Assembly (NCBI GenBank): GCA_964342815.1
Contig: CAYFHS010000036.1
Coordinates: 1 to 44,487, forward strand
DNA: 44,487 nucleotides
DNA from: an uncultured archaeon
GTDB lineage: Archaea > Thermoplasmatota > Penumbrarchaeia > JASLWR01
Direction of reading: 5' to 3'
Part shown: positions 1 to 9,632 of the stretch, piece after piece
Layout of the letters: every line of letters begins with the position of its first letter
How positions within the stretch are numbered: the stretch's first letter is position 1
Translations under genes and position numbers: made by a program
Notes under the pieces: model-generated
Told to the model about the DNA's origin: nothing
The model's input: the letters and a program-made list of their open reading frames with translations, nothing else
Databases searched by the model: none

Positions 1-58
1 CGGTACGGGACACCTTTACCAAGAAGACAGTCACTTTGTTCCCGTCTTTACATATAAA
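1..58 (+). repeat. Partial copy of a dispersed intergenic repeat; inverted relative to the copy at the right end
   Basis: Bases 1-55 equal the reverse complement of 44311-44365 with 4 mismatches; the match extends about 3 more bases. Confidence 0.85.
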
Positions 59-61
59 AGT

Positions 62-1138
62 CTATTTTCGGTATCTAGCAAGGAACAAAAGGGTAACGGC
101 AGCCATCAGTATTAAAATATAAATAGTTAGGTCCACCCCTCCAATGATTCCTAGCTTCAGTGTCTTGAGAATTGCGATTTCCCTCCCCTTTTCCAATCTG
201 ATCTCGCTGGTTGGGTCCAATAAGTTCTCGGTTTCCCAATCTGTTTCCGGTAGCTCTGGGTACAGCTTACCATGGATTTCGATTGAACTTATCATATCAC
301 CATTATCCGGTAAGGCGATATCCGCTGCGGGCCGGGATCGGCTTGAAATGTTAATTACCACTTTTTCAATAACTGTGAGATCCTCTAATTGTGGAATGAT
401 GTATAAGGTATTGCTCGCGCTTTCGAAAGCTCTTACACTCAGGTTCCCTTCCTCCTGGAAGTAGACCGTCCAATCCTTCGATTCCAACTCATCTCGGTTT
501 AAAATTGTTACTTGTGTTTGTATGGGGACATTTCCAAGGTTATTCAGGAGAACATCCCGTTTCCATATCCTGTCATGGCCCATATTATTAGAACTGCTCT
601 TGATTTCCAAGGACTGTTCGAGATACGGAGATACAGATACCTCCAAGGCTTTGGAAGTGAATGTGGTGCTTCCAAACCCGGGCAATGACGTGGCCTCACC
701 GGTTATTGTTATCCTGTTGATTTTATTTGCCGGATACCTGGGATTCACGTGAACAGTGAAGGAAAAATCCGATCTTTTATTAGCAGTATCGAGCACCGTG
801 GAACTAGGTGTGATCTTCCACTCCCAGCCTCCCGTATCTGCAGTCAAACTTACAAAGAGGCGGCTTGAATCGACCCTTCGACCTGAAAAGTCCGCCGATA
901 TGGTGCCGTTGTATCTGAGTACCAGTTCGTCTTCCAGTGAAATATTGCATAATACGCTATCCGGACAGTCTATGCTCACCAACATTTCCGGAGTCTCGGA
1001 AGGCAGCAAAGTTGGCCATAGCAGCAGCACTATGAGTGGAGGAACGATAATAACTTGAACGATAGAAGACCATTTTCCCATCCGCAGGAAATCCTTAGGT
1101 TTTCGAGGATGAAGTGAATTTACAAATTCACGACCCAT
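62..1138 (-). CDS. Membrane-anchored surface protein with beta-rich extracellular region (possibly choice-of-anchor T-like)
   Basis: 358-aa ORF with an N-terminal hydrophobic segment (IVQVIIVPPLIVLLLW) and a C-terminal TM plus basic tail (LLFLARYRK). Starts 1 nt after the upstream stop. Family name is a tentative resemblance. Confidence 0.75.
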   Translation of the reverse strand: MGREFVNSLHPRKPKDFLRMGKWSSIVQVIIVPPLIVLLLWPTLLPSETPEMLVSIDCPDSVLCNISLEDELVLRYNGTISADFSGRRVDSSRLFVSLTADTGGWEWKITPSSTVLDTANKRSDFSFTVHVNPRYPANKINRITITGEATSLPGFGSTTFTSKALEVSVSPYLEQSLEIKSSSNNMGHDRIWKRDVLLNNLGNVPIQTQVTILNRDELESKDWTVYFQEEGNLSVRAFESASNTLYIIPQLEDLTVIEKVVINISSRSRPAADIALPDNGDMISSIEIHGKLYPELPETDWETENLLDPTSEIRLEKGREIAILKTLKLGIIGGVDLTIYILILMAAVTLLFLARYRK

Positions 1139-1139
1139 T

Positions 1140-1733
1140 TTATAGTTCTCCCTTGCATGAAGGACAAATTATCCAATGCATTCTAACCTGCTCCTCGCAT
1201 TTGGGACATGGTTTCATAACGCTTTCGAAATCTGTGATGGAGAGAGGTTCAACCCAATCCTCGTCTTCCCTGATGGGTGAATAAAGGTCTTCGATATCGA
1301 GCTGTGAGCGGTGTTCAACGTTAGGAGGAAGCGATACTTCATCTTCCGGGATAATTTCCATTCCAGCCGTCCTTTCCTCTTCCATGGCTTCCTTCTTCTT
1401 TGTAAGTTCTTTGAGTTTTTTCTTGCATTTTTTCATGGTAAGGACGTATTTCTTCTTGGATATCTTCTTTTTTTTATAGAAGTATTTGGCCTTTTTCATC
1501 TTCTTTCGGATATTCTTTATTTTAGTTTCAATTTCTCCTTTGTCGTCATCCTTGATGGTAGGCTCAACTGATGTTTTTTCAGCGGCTGGCTTGCCCACTC
1601 CTTCTTGCAAAAAAATGTTTTCTACTTCCGGTTCACCCGTCTCCTTTGATTCGTAAACCGAAATATAATTACCGCACTGGGGGCAGTTTTCCTCGCCCTC
1701 TTCCACTTCAATATCGCATGCCGGACAGTACAT
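1140..1733 (-). CDS. Double zinc-ribbon protein with Lys-rich coiled coil
   Basis: CPAC...CPQC at the N-terminus, CPKC...CPSC at the C-terminus, central poly-Lys segment. ATG at 1733 preceded by AGGTG (ORF track starts at GTG 1742). Confidence 0.8.
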   Translation of the reverse strand: MYCPACDIEVEEGEENCPQCGNYISVYESKETGEPEVENIFLQEGVGKPAAEKTSVEPTIKDDDKGEIETKIKNIRKKMKKAKYFYKKKKISKKKYVLTMKKCKKKLKELTKKKEAMEEERTAGMEIIPEDEVSLPPNVEHRSQLDIEDLYSPIREDEDWVEPLSITDFESVMKPCPKCEEQVRMHWIICPSCKGEL

Positions 1734-1805
1734 CCTTAACACCTGCTACGGATTCGCTATATATTACCTTCAATTAATTCGTTATTGTAGGCTTAAGTCG
1801 AACAA

Positions 1806-3137
1806 CTATATCTTTAATTTGAATTGGATATGGATTAGCACAATACTGTACTCCTTTTCCACCACGCCGTCACCGTCCATATCGACCTCAACGTCACCAA
1901 TGAGCCGTAGACCGACATATTCGTCGGACCCCGATGCTTCGGGGTAGAAGCCATGTGACACCACGGCCCCAGTCTCGTCGACGTTGAATTCCTCTTCCTC
2001 TTCGCTAGTCATCGGGTCGAAATAATCCCAATCCCATTCGTAAGTTAGCGGCCCGTCATTGTAAGAACCGCTAGCGTCGAAATCTATCGTGTATTCGGCC
2101 CCCACTTCCGACAGCTTGAAATACACAGTCTTTTCATACCTATCGAATTCCTTGTCATAAGAAAAACCGCCGCTAAGGTTTGCGTTGGGCTTTTGATTGA
2201 GCTTTTCGGTGAGGACCGAAGAAATACTATCAACAAAGGGAGAATCGTCCTTTATAAGGCTATTTCTGGCTTTCACCTCGAAACGGTAATCCCCTGCAAC
2301 TTCGTATTCGTAACCCCCGTAATCGATTGACAGGAAAGGAGCATCGCTCTTTTGCACGGTTTTCTCATGGACCTTCGACCCTTCCCGATACACGGTAAGG
2401 TCGATATCGACACCAATGGGTTTTGCGTTGGGACTGGCAAAGCTGTAGACCTGCAATCCTCCGGCTTCCTCGCGAATTAATAATGTCTTTACGACGCTGC
2501 TGAATATCCATTCTTTCTGGTTTGCCTTGATCAGGCTCGGTGTAATACCTTCTGCGAAAGTAAACTTGTTTTTCTCGAACTCTGAAATCAATCCGTCTGA
2601 TATCAGGCTAGCATCAAGATCGGTCTTGAAACTCTTTGCCATGGTGAACTCGGAGGTGAGGTCGCCTCCCAGAGGGAACATGACGATTTTCAAGTTATTT
2701 CGGTCCTGTTCCCGGAATTCATCATAACTGGTTCCCACGTGAATATACTCCAGAACCCATTCTATGGTGTGTACTTCGGTGACCTTTTTATCCTTGTAAG
2801 CCACTTCCACCTCATAATCCCCGTTCCCCATGACGAAATCCTTGTATGGAATCTCTTTTAATGCCTGGTCGGCACTGAACGACAAACTTTTACTGTATAC
2901 CTCTGTATCCTCGTACAATATCTTGATCCTGCCTTTACCTTCCACCGAACCGGGTCCGTTAGGATCCGCCACCGCTCTCACAATGATACCCGTACTGTCG
3001 TCATTGTCTACGATGGTCCCGAGAAACAGTCTGCTGATGCTGTCGTCCGAACTCCAGATCACCGTATATATGATGGCAGCTAGTATCAACGCGACGATGA
3101 CGCCGATAACTATGAATTTCTTTTTGATCTTGACCAT
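1806..3137 (-). CDS. N-terminally anchored surface protein with C-terminal PKD-like domain
   Basis: Start re-placed to ATG 3137 (AGGTGAG RBS); KKK followed by a hydrophobic helix; PKD-like FDASGSYNDGPLTYEWDWD motif. Confidence 0.8.
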   Translation of the reverse strand: MVKIKKKFIVIGVIVALILAAIIYTVIWSSDDSISRLFLGTIVDNDDSTGIIVRAVADPNGPGSVEGKGRIKILYEDTEVYSKSLSFSADQALKEIPYKDFVMGNGDYEVEVAYKDKKVTEVHTIEWVLEYIHVGTSYDEFREQDRNNLKIVMFPLGGDLTSEFTMAKSFKTDLDASLISDGLISEFEKNKFTFAEGITPSLIKANQKEWIFSSVVKTLLIREEAGGLQVYSFASPNAKPIGVDIDLTVYREGSKVHEKTVQKSDAPFLSIDYGGYEYEVAGDYRFEVKARNSLIKDDSPFVDSISSVLTEKLNQKPNANLSGGFSYDKEFDRYEKTVYFKLSEVGAEYTIDFDASGSYNDGPLTYEWDWDYFDPMTSEEEEEFNVDETGAVVSHGFYPEASGSDEYVGLRLIGDVEVDMDGDGVVEKEYSIVLIHIQFKLKI

Positions 3138-3509
3138 TTGCTCACCTTGTATTGTCCCCAGGATCGATGATCCCGGCATTTCCATTTTCTCTATCATGAA
3201 ATTATATGATTTACTGGATTCAACGGAATCGCTTCCTTTCGGAGCTGCGATTCCGCGAACATTATCAAGGTGCCAACCTCGACATTTTGTCGAACTTTGC
3301 ACCGTGGACAATATGAATTTGAATTGATTAAACAGTTTCGGTAAATTATTTGCTATTATATTTAAGACTATTGAAATATAATTATGCCGATATATAATGA
3401 TTTCGTACAGTTTCCGTTGATATTTGGTGAAATTATTTTTGGGAGTTTACAGCGATGCCAATAATAAAGAGTAAAATAAAAAATGCAAGAAAGAGCTTTG
3501 TGTTGGTCA

Positions 3510-4013
3510 ATGATCAAGGATTTTCATTTTTGCCCGTTCTGCGGGGCAGAACTGGTTGGGCGGGAACTGGAGGGCCGGAACCGACAGTGCTGTCCGGAAT
3601 GCGATTATGTCCATTTCAAAAATCCTCTTCCTTCGGCTGCAGGAGTGCTTCTCCGTGGAAAAAAGATTCTGCTCATCAAGCGGGGGATCGAACCCGGGAA
3701 GGGGCACTGGTCCCTTCCGTCGGGATTCATCGAAGAAGGAGAGACCCCTGAAGAAGGTTGTATCCGGGAAGTCCGGGAAGAAACAGGTTTGGAAACCAAG
3801 GTCAAAAAACTACTGGACATATTCCATGTGAGATCGAATTTCTATGGGGAAATACTGGTTATCGTCTATCTTCTCGAAGAAATCGGGGGTGAACTTCAGG
3901 CAGGTACGGATGCCCAGGACGTCAGGTTCTATACTATGGATGATATGCCATATCTTCACGTAAAAGGATTCACCAATGTGCTAACCGAGATCCTACCCTG
4001 CCAGGACCATTGA
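3510..4013 (+). CDS. Nudix hydrolase with N-terminal zinc ribbon (ADP-ribose pyrophosphatase-like)
   Basis: Nudix box GFIEEGETPEEGCIREVREETG; CPFC...CPEC ribbon. Start re-placed to ATG 3510. Confidence 0.9.
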   Translation: MIKDFHFCPFCGAELVGRELEGRNRQCCPECDYVHFKNPLPSAAGVLLRGKKILLIKRGIEPGKGHWSLPSGFIEEGETPEEGCIREVREETGLETKVKKLLDIFHVRSNFYGEILVIVYLLEEIGGELQAGTDAQDVRFYTMDDMPYLHVKGFTNVLTEILPCQDH

Positions 4014-4016
4014 AAT

Positions 4017-5309
4017 TCAAAGATATATTTTGGATTTCTCCGAGTCTAGTTTCTTCCGGTCCTCATCATTTCTCTTCTTTTTCACCTTTTTCACTGCTTT
4101 GAGAAAATGCGACTTTGTAATCCTCTTTCCTTCGGCCCTCACAGTGAACATACCCGCTTCGGTGCAGGTGTTTTTTATCTCCGCACCGCTGAATCCCTCG
4201 CAGATCTTGGCAATTTCCTTTAAATCCTTTTTAAGACGCCAGTCAAGTTTCATTTTCCTGGTATGTATCTTGAGTATCTGCAGTACTCCAGCGTAATTTG
4301 GCGGAGGGATCTCTATGATCCTGTCGAAACGTCCCGGCCGAAGCAGGGCTTTGTCCAGTATATCTGGCCGGTTGGTTGCAGCGATTATAGAAACGTCATC
4401 AAGCGGTTTGAATCCGTCCATCTCGGCAAGTAACTGCATAAGCGTGCGCTGTACTTCCCGGTCCCCTGAAGTATCCATCCCCAACCGACGGGCACCTATG
4501 GCATCTATCTCATCAATGAATACCAGGCTGGGTGCCTTTTCCCTTGCAAGTTGAAAAAGTTCCCGGACCAGCCTGCCGCCTTCGCCGATGAATTTCTGGA
4601 CCAATTCGGATCCGACCAGTTGAATGAATACCGCATTCGTTTTGTTTGCCACCGCTCTCGCGAGGAGGGTCTTGCCGTTACCGGGCGGTCCCACGAACAG
4701 TATCCCCTTGGGTGGATCGATACCCACTTTCTCATACAATTCAGGCTTTATGAGGGGGAGTTCCACCGTTTCCCGGACCTCGTCGATCTGTTCCTCGAGA
4801 CCCCCTATGTCATCATATGTGACCAAGGGACGCTCCACCACCTGGGCACATGACACTATCGGGTCTCTCGAAGGAGGGAGTACGCCCACGATATTGAGGT
4901 TCTTGTAATCCATCATAACCCGCTTGCCCACCGCTAATTCGTCCATCTCAGAGTTTCCTTCCTCCTTCAGGTTCTTCACCACGTAATAGTGACCGATCCC
5001 ATTCTTCACTAGAACCCTGTCCTCATCCAGTGTTTCCAGGACCTCACCTACCACATGGGGTGGGGTTCTGAAGTGTTTAAGTTCTGAAACTAATTTGCTG
5101 TTCTTCTTCTTTATTTCGTTAAGGGCACCACTCAATTCTCTATACTTTTTTTCCAGTTCCGCTTTTTCCATCATCAATGAGTAGTTCCTCTCCATCAGAT
5201 TTGCATTGAGGCGGTTAAGGCGGTAAAATGTTTCGCTTCGGTCTTCAAAATCTATCTTCTCTTCCTCTTCTACCACATTTGATGAAACCGTATCTTCCGT
5301 AATAGACAT
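4017..5309 (-). CDS. pan: Proteasome-activating nucleotidase (AAA+ ATPase)
   Basis: N-terminal coiled coil and OB region, Walker A GPPGNGKT, pore loop KFIGEG, Walker B VFIDEID, SRH AATNRPD..D.ALLRPGRFDR, C-terminal HbYX motif (IYL). Confidence 0.95.
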   Translation of the reverse strand: MSITEDTVSSNVVEEEEKIDFEDRSETFYRLNRLNANLMERNYSLMMEKAELEKKYRELSGALNEIKKKNSKLVSELKHFRTPPHVVGEVLETLDEDRVLVKNGIGHYYVVKNLKEEGNSEMDELAVGKRVMMDYKNLNIVGVLPPSRDPIVSCAQVVERPLVTYDDIGGLEEQIDEVRETVELPLIKPELYEKVGIDPPKGILFVGPPGNGKTLLARAVANKTNAVFIQLVGSELVQKFIGEGGRLVRELFQLAREKAPSLVFIDEIDAIGARRLGMDTSGDREVQRTLMQLLAEMDGFKPLDDVSIIAATNRPDILDKALLRPGRFDRIIEIPPPNYAGVLQILKIHTRKMKLDWRLKKDLKEIAKICEGFSGAEIKNTCTEAGMFTVRAEGKRITKSHFLKAVKKVKKKRNDEDRKKLDSEKSKIYL

Positions 5310-5383
5310 GATGATACTCCCTTATAGAAATGGCTGGATCGCAAAGCTCCCGAAATAACGAATAATATCCCGTAGAGTAATTA

Positions 5384-5563
5384 TTATTCTCCTTCCAGAA
5401 AGAATAATTCACCGTCATATTGTCTGAATATGTCCACCATCTGGAGGGTATCTTCGACCTTTTCAAGGCCGACTCGATCATCCACCTTTTTAAAATAATC
5501 TCGAGCCTTGTAACACCAAACCTCGAATGTCGTTAAAGAATATTCCTTTATCCTTTTTTCCAA
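5384..5563 (-). CDS. Small hypothetical protein (59 aa)
   Basis: TTG start at 5563 with AAGGGGG RBS just after the stop of the upstream small gene; ends in TAATAA. The ORF-track version (5384..5725) overlaps the upstream gene and is probably over-extended. Confidence 0.5.
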   Translation of the reverse strand: MEKRIKEYSLTTFEVWCYKARDYFKKVDDRVGLEKVEDTLQMVDIFRQYDGELFFLEGE

Positions 5564-5583
5564 GTTCGTGTCCCCCTTGCTTA

Positions 5584-5802
5584 TTATTCCGCGGATATTC
5601 TCAGGCCGCTGTCCCTGTAATGAATATATATATTGTCCCTTATCTTCTTTGTAAGGTTGGAGAGTGACTCGTAGATATCGTCCAAATCGACTTCGAAATA
5701 CCTTGCGGCCTCCTTGGAGTTCCACTTGCTGGTTTCGAAATCGTTGGCCTTGATATATTCGTACAACTTCCTGTCGAGTTCATTCAATTCATCAAAGCCC
5801 AT
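5584..5802 (-). CDS. Small helical, HTH-like hypothetical protein (72 aa)
   Basis: AGGAG RBS; amphipathic helical pattern (LDRKLYEYIK...SKEAARYFEVDLDDIYESLSNL); resembles small conserved Thermoplasmata proteins from recall. Confidence 0.75.
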   Translation of the reverse strand: MGFDELNELDRKLYEYIKANDFETSKWNSKEAARYFEVDLDDIYESLSNLTKKIRDNIYIHYRDSGLRISAE

Positions 5803-5985
5803 GGCCACCACTCCTATGGATTTTTGTGGGCTGAGATAGTACGGTATGTTTATTTATTATTATCCTCCTATTTCTTAAGGGGAATAATGAGATACGAGCT
5901 CTATTAATGAATGGGTGAATCGTGTATATCGAAGGAGAATTAAAAAAAATCCCGAATAGTCACACATAGTTTTATCGGAGGTTCC

Positions 5986-8841
5986 ATGTCCGGTTTCAGC
6001 ATACTGCATCCACGCATCCGCAAACTCCTGGTGCGGGAGGGGATAATCGAGCCCACGGTGCCACAACTTAGGTCCATCCATCACATTCTCGCAAAACGGC
6101 ATACATTGGTTATAGCTCCTACAGGTATCGGAAAAACGGAATGTGCGGCGATACCAATTTTCGACCACCTGCTACGTATGAAAGAAAATGCGGTCCATAA
6201 TCCCGGTTTCAAGGCAATCTACACGACACCCTTGAGAGCATTGAACCGGGACATAATTTCCAGGTTGGAGAGCTGGGGAAAAGCTCTGGACATCACTGTG
6301 GGATTACGGCACGGCGATACTCCGCAAAGTGAGAGGAACCGGCAGTCCCGCAATCCCCCAGATCTTCTGATAACCACTCCTGAAACCCTTCAAATACTTT
6401 TCACAGGGTCTCGTTTGGTCAAACATCTTCAGGAGGTCCGGTTTGTTGTTGTGGACGAGATACACGATATATGTCCAAATGTCAGGGGTGCTCAGCTATC
6501 CGTGGTACTGGAAAGATTGGAAAAGGTTTCAAACCATGAGGTGACCCGCGTAGGTCTGTCGGCCACTGTTGGTTTCGAATCCATCGTTAAAGTTGCGAAT
6601 TTCCTGGGAGGGATGGGCCGGAGGGTAAAGGTAGTGAACGTGGATGAGGATAATGATTCGGTCATGGAGGTCGTTGCCCCGGGAGAGGAAGGTTATGAGA
6701 AGAAACTGACTTCGGAATTGGCATGTACAGAAAAAGAACTGGAATCCATTATTACATCTCTCCGCCTTATAGAAGAGAAGCAGCCAGTGCTCTTCTTTGT
6801 GAATACCCGGCAGACCGCCGAAGTGCTGGCTTCACGAATCGCTATACTGAATCCCGATATTCCGTTGGGTATTCATCACGGCTCGCTTTCGAAAGAGGTT
6901 CGGATGAAGATGGAGGAAGATTTCAAGAAAGGGGACCTCAAGGGATTGATCTGTACTTCGTCACTGGAACTGGGGATCGATGTGGGTTTTGTTGATCATG
7001 TTGTTCAGTTCTCATCCCCCAGAGAAGTAACGCGCCTGGTCCAGAGGATTGGCAGGGCGGGGCACGGTGTTGGTAGAGTATCGCATGGAACTATCCTTGC
7101 TACCAGATCCGACGACATTCTGGAAAGCGGGGTGATAGTCCGCAAGGCTCTGGCAGGGGAGATGGAAAGGATAAAAATACCGGTTAATCCACTTTCGGTC
7201 CTGTCGAATCAGATAATGGCTGCATGCATGAAAAAGGGTGAAAGGGCCATTTCCATGGATGCGGGAGAGTTCTTTAACACTATCAAGAGAGCAATGCCGT
7301 TTTCAACACTTAAGGCCGATATCTATTATACTCTCCTTCGTGAACTGGACGAAATGAAAATGATACGATATGACCCCGCATTGAAAATTATTTCTCGAAA
7401 GAAGCGAACCATGGACTACTTTTATAACAACATTTCCATGATAAGGGACGAGAAGGTGTTCAAGGTGATCGATATGGTTTCCAGACGCCCCATCGGTACC
7501 CTGAACGAGGGGTTCGTCGTCACCAGCCTCGAGCCGGGGGTGAAGTTCATTGTCAGGGGGCGGCCGTGGGTGGTTGTGGAAATCGAGAGTGAATCGATAA
7601 TAGCGGCCCCTTCCTCCGATATAGGCGCCATACCCTCCTGGACCGGTGAGGATATACCTGTTCCTTTTGGAGTTGCACAGGAGGTGGGAGAGGTTCGCAA
7701 GGAGATTTTCTCAATCATAACAAAACATGATGTCGAGAGCAAGCTTCGGGGCGGTTCAATAAAGGACAAGTACCGTTTGGGGGGAACTGCCTGGCAGCGC
7801 GCTATTTCGTATATTGAAGAGCAGGTGCGGGAAAATACGCTCCCCACCTCCGAAGTTATCACAATAGAGCGTTATGGGGAAACCACAGTGATAAATACTT
7901 GTTTCGGGACAAGGACAAACGATACTTTCGCTCTTATCATATCATCTTTAGCTGCCTCCCGGCTTGGCCGCGGGGTCGAGACTACAACCGATGCGTACCG
8001 CATAGTATTGAGCTTGCCCCGTTCGTATCCGACAAAGGAAATAAGAAAATTGTTTTTCAATATTCCGGCGAAGGATGTCCCGGGGCTGCTTAAGGCGCTG
8101 GTAAAGAATTCGACTCTTGCAAAATGGACATTATTGTACGTCGCAAAGAAATTCGGTGCGATCAAAAAGGATGCGGACATGAAATACATCAATACGGAAT
8201 ACCTCATAAAAAGCTTCCGAGACACGCTTATTCACCGCGAGGCCGTCCGGTGTGTGCTCCGCGATTACCTTGACGTGGAAAATACCCGAAGAGTTCTCGA
8301 TGGGATTCAATCAGGAGAAATCTCGGTTGTTATGGGGGGGAATTTGTCCCCAATGGCCCTTGAAGGTCTGGAGTCGAGGTCTTCTCTTATAATGCCCTCC
8401 AGGGCGGATTCCACTGTGCTTCAGGCATTAAAAGAAAGGCTAATGCGGCATCCGGCAGTCTTCGTTTGTCTCCACTGCAGTTCATTCGCTCATAAACAGA
8501 TCGAGAAGATACCCGAGCGGAAACCCATGCGCTGCAGCAACTGCGGAGGCACATACCTTGCCATGCTGAGGGATTATGAGCTGGATCTACTCCATATGCT
8601 CCGCAAGGACCGAAAAAAACTGAATCCGGATGAGGAGAAGAAGCTGAAGAGGCTAAACATCAATGCTTCGCTGATATCGCAGTACAAGAAACGGGGAGCG
8701 CTGGCCATGATGGGCCGGGGCATCGGTCCGGTGCGGGCGGCCAGGATACTTGCCATGCCATTCTACCTGGAGGAGGAGTTCCTGCGGGCGATATTGACGG
8801 CGGAGATCGAGTATGCGCAAACGCGCCGTTTCTGGGATTGA
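5986..8841 (+). CDS. lhr: ATP-dependent Lhr-family SF2 helicase with C-terminal zinc ribbon
   Basis: PTGIGKT, TPLRALNRD, DEIH, SAT, HHGSL, TSSLELGID, QRIGRAGH; CLHC...CSNC near the C-terminus; GGAGG RBS. Confidence 0.93.
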   Translation: MSGFSILHPRIRKLLVREGIIEPTVPQLRSIHHILAKRHTLVIAPTGIGKTECAAIPIFDHLLRMKENAVHNPGFKAIYTTPLRALNRDIISRLESWGKALDITVGLRHGDTPQSERNRQSRNPPDLLITTPETLQILFTGSRLVKHLQEVRFVVVDEIHDICPNVRGAQLSVVLERLEKVSNHEVTRVGLSATVGFESIVKVANFLGGMGRRVKVVNVDEDNDSVMEVVAPGEEGYEKKLTSELACTEKELESIITSLRLIEEKQPVLFFVNTRQTAEVLASRIAILNPDIPLGIHHGSLSKEVRMKMEEDFKKGDLKGLICTSSLELGIDVGFVDHVVQFSSPREVTRLVQRIGRAGHGVGRVSHGTILATRSDDILESGVIVRKALAGEMERIKIPVNPLSVLSNQIMAACMKKGERAISMDAGEFFNTIKRAMPFSTLKADIYYTLLRELDEMKMIRYDPALKIISRKKRTMDYFYNNISMIRDEKVFKVIDMVSRRPIGTLNEGFVVTSLEPGVKFIVRGRPWVVVEIESESIIAAPSSDIGAIPSWTGEDIPVPFGVAQEVGEVRKEIFSIITKHDVESKLRGGSIKDKYRLGGTAWQRAISYIEEQVRENTLPTSEVITIERYGETTVINTCFGTRTNDTFALIISSLAASRLGRGVETTTDAYRIVLSLPRSYPTKEIRKLFFNIPAKDVPGLLKALVKNSTLAKWTLLYVAKKFGAIKKDADMKYINTEYLIKSFRDTLIHREAVRCVLRDYLDVENTRRVLDGIQSGEISVVMGGNLSPMALEGLESRSSLIMPSRADSTVLQALKERLMRHPAVFVCLHCSSFAHKQIEKIPERKPMRCSNCGGTYLAMLRDYELDLLHMLRKDRKKLNPDEEKKLKRLNINASLISQYKKRGALAMMGRGIGPVRAARILAMPFYLEEEFLRAILTAEIEYAQTRRFWD

Positions 8842-9125
8842 ATATGCGAAGAATGCATATGTGCAGATTAAACATGCATAAATATGCTGTTTTGGTATTG
8901 AATCCTCATCATAACGAAACAAAATATAAAATTTATTCAATAAATTATTTCAATAACTTTCATAATTTATTTCATTTAGAATCTTTGAGGGAATATATAA
9001 ATAAATATTGGGACAATACCACATAATAGTGAAAGCCAATTCCTCGAAACATTATAATTCATGCGGGATAGGATCAATATGGTCCTCCTTTCATATCCTT
9101 AGACAATTCCGGGAGATAGAATCGG

Positions 9126-9632
9126 ATGTCGAAATTAAAATCCAGTAAATTTTTTTGCATGGGGGATGAACAGGGTAATGAAAAAATTTGTGGGAAGGGT
9201 TCAAGGATAAAGACGGAAACTTCTTACATTGGACAGGATGAAATATTCAGATCAACCGTAGAGGCTGCAAAAATAACCCCCCCCGATTACTGTTTAATGA
9301 ACTTGACCCGGGTCATTCCGTGGAGTCTCATGGATGACGAGTTTCCGACCAATTCAACAAAGCATGCTTTTCCTGCGGATCGTATGAAGGATGCGGGGAT
9401 AAACCAGTCTGGGAAAAGGTTCGAAGGAAAGGGAACACATGATCCAGCATTTTTTATTTTTACAATATACGGCATTAGCTCGGAAATCCCGCTGGAGATA
9501 GGTCTGGGAAGCAAGGATTCCCCTGGCCTTTATCAGGTCAATAAGCTAACCATGGACCAGCTCGACGAGGAATTTCGGTCGTGGTGCGACAACGGGACAA
9601 AATTGGATACGAGCTTCAAGGGGGGCCTGTGA
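9126..9632 (+). CDS. Hypothetical protein coupled to the downstream histidine kinase
   Basis: 168-aa ORF, GGAGA upstream, TGATG stop/start overlap with the kinase; no recognisable motif. Confidence 0.45.
   Translation: MSKLKSSKFFCMGDEQGNEKICGKGSRIKTETSYIGQDEIFRSTVEAAKITPPDYCLMNLTRVIPWSLMDDEFPTNSTKHAFPADRMKDAGINQSGKRFEGKGTHDPAFFIFTIYGISSEIPLEIGLGSKDSPGLYQVNKLTMDQLDEEFRSWCDNGTKLDTSFKGGL

Noticed and set aside
3138-3311. N-terminal extension of the 501-aa ORF
   Set aside because: A strong AGGTGAG RBS and signal-anchor start at 3137; the extension runs through leader-like DNA.
4677-4700. Asn in the PAN Walker A (GPPGNGKT) as an inactivating change
   Set aside because: The position is variable in GxxGxGKT; all other motifs and the HbYX tail are intact.
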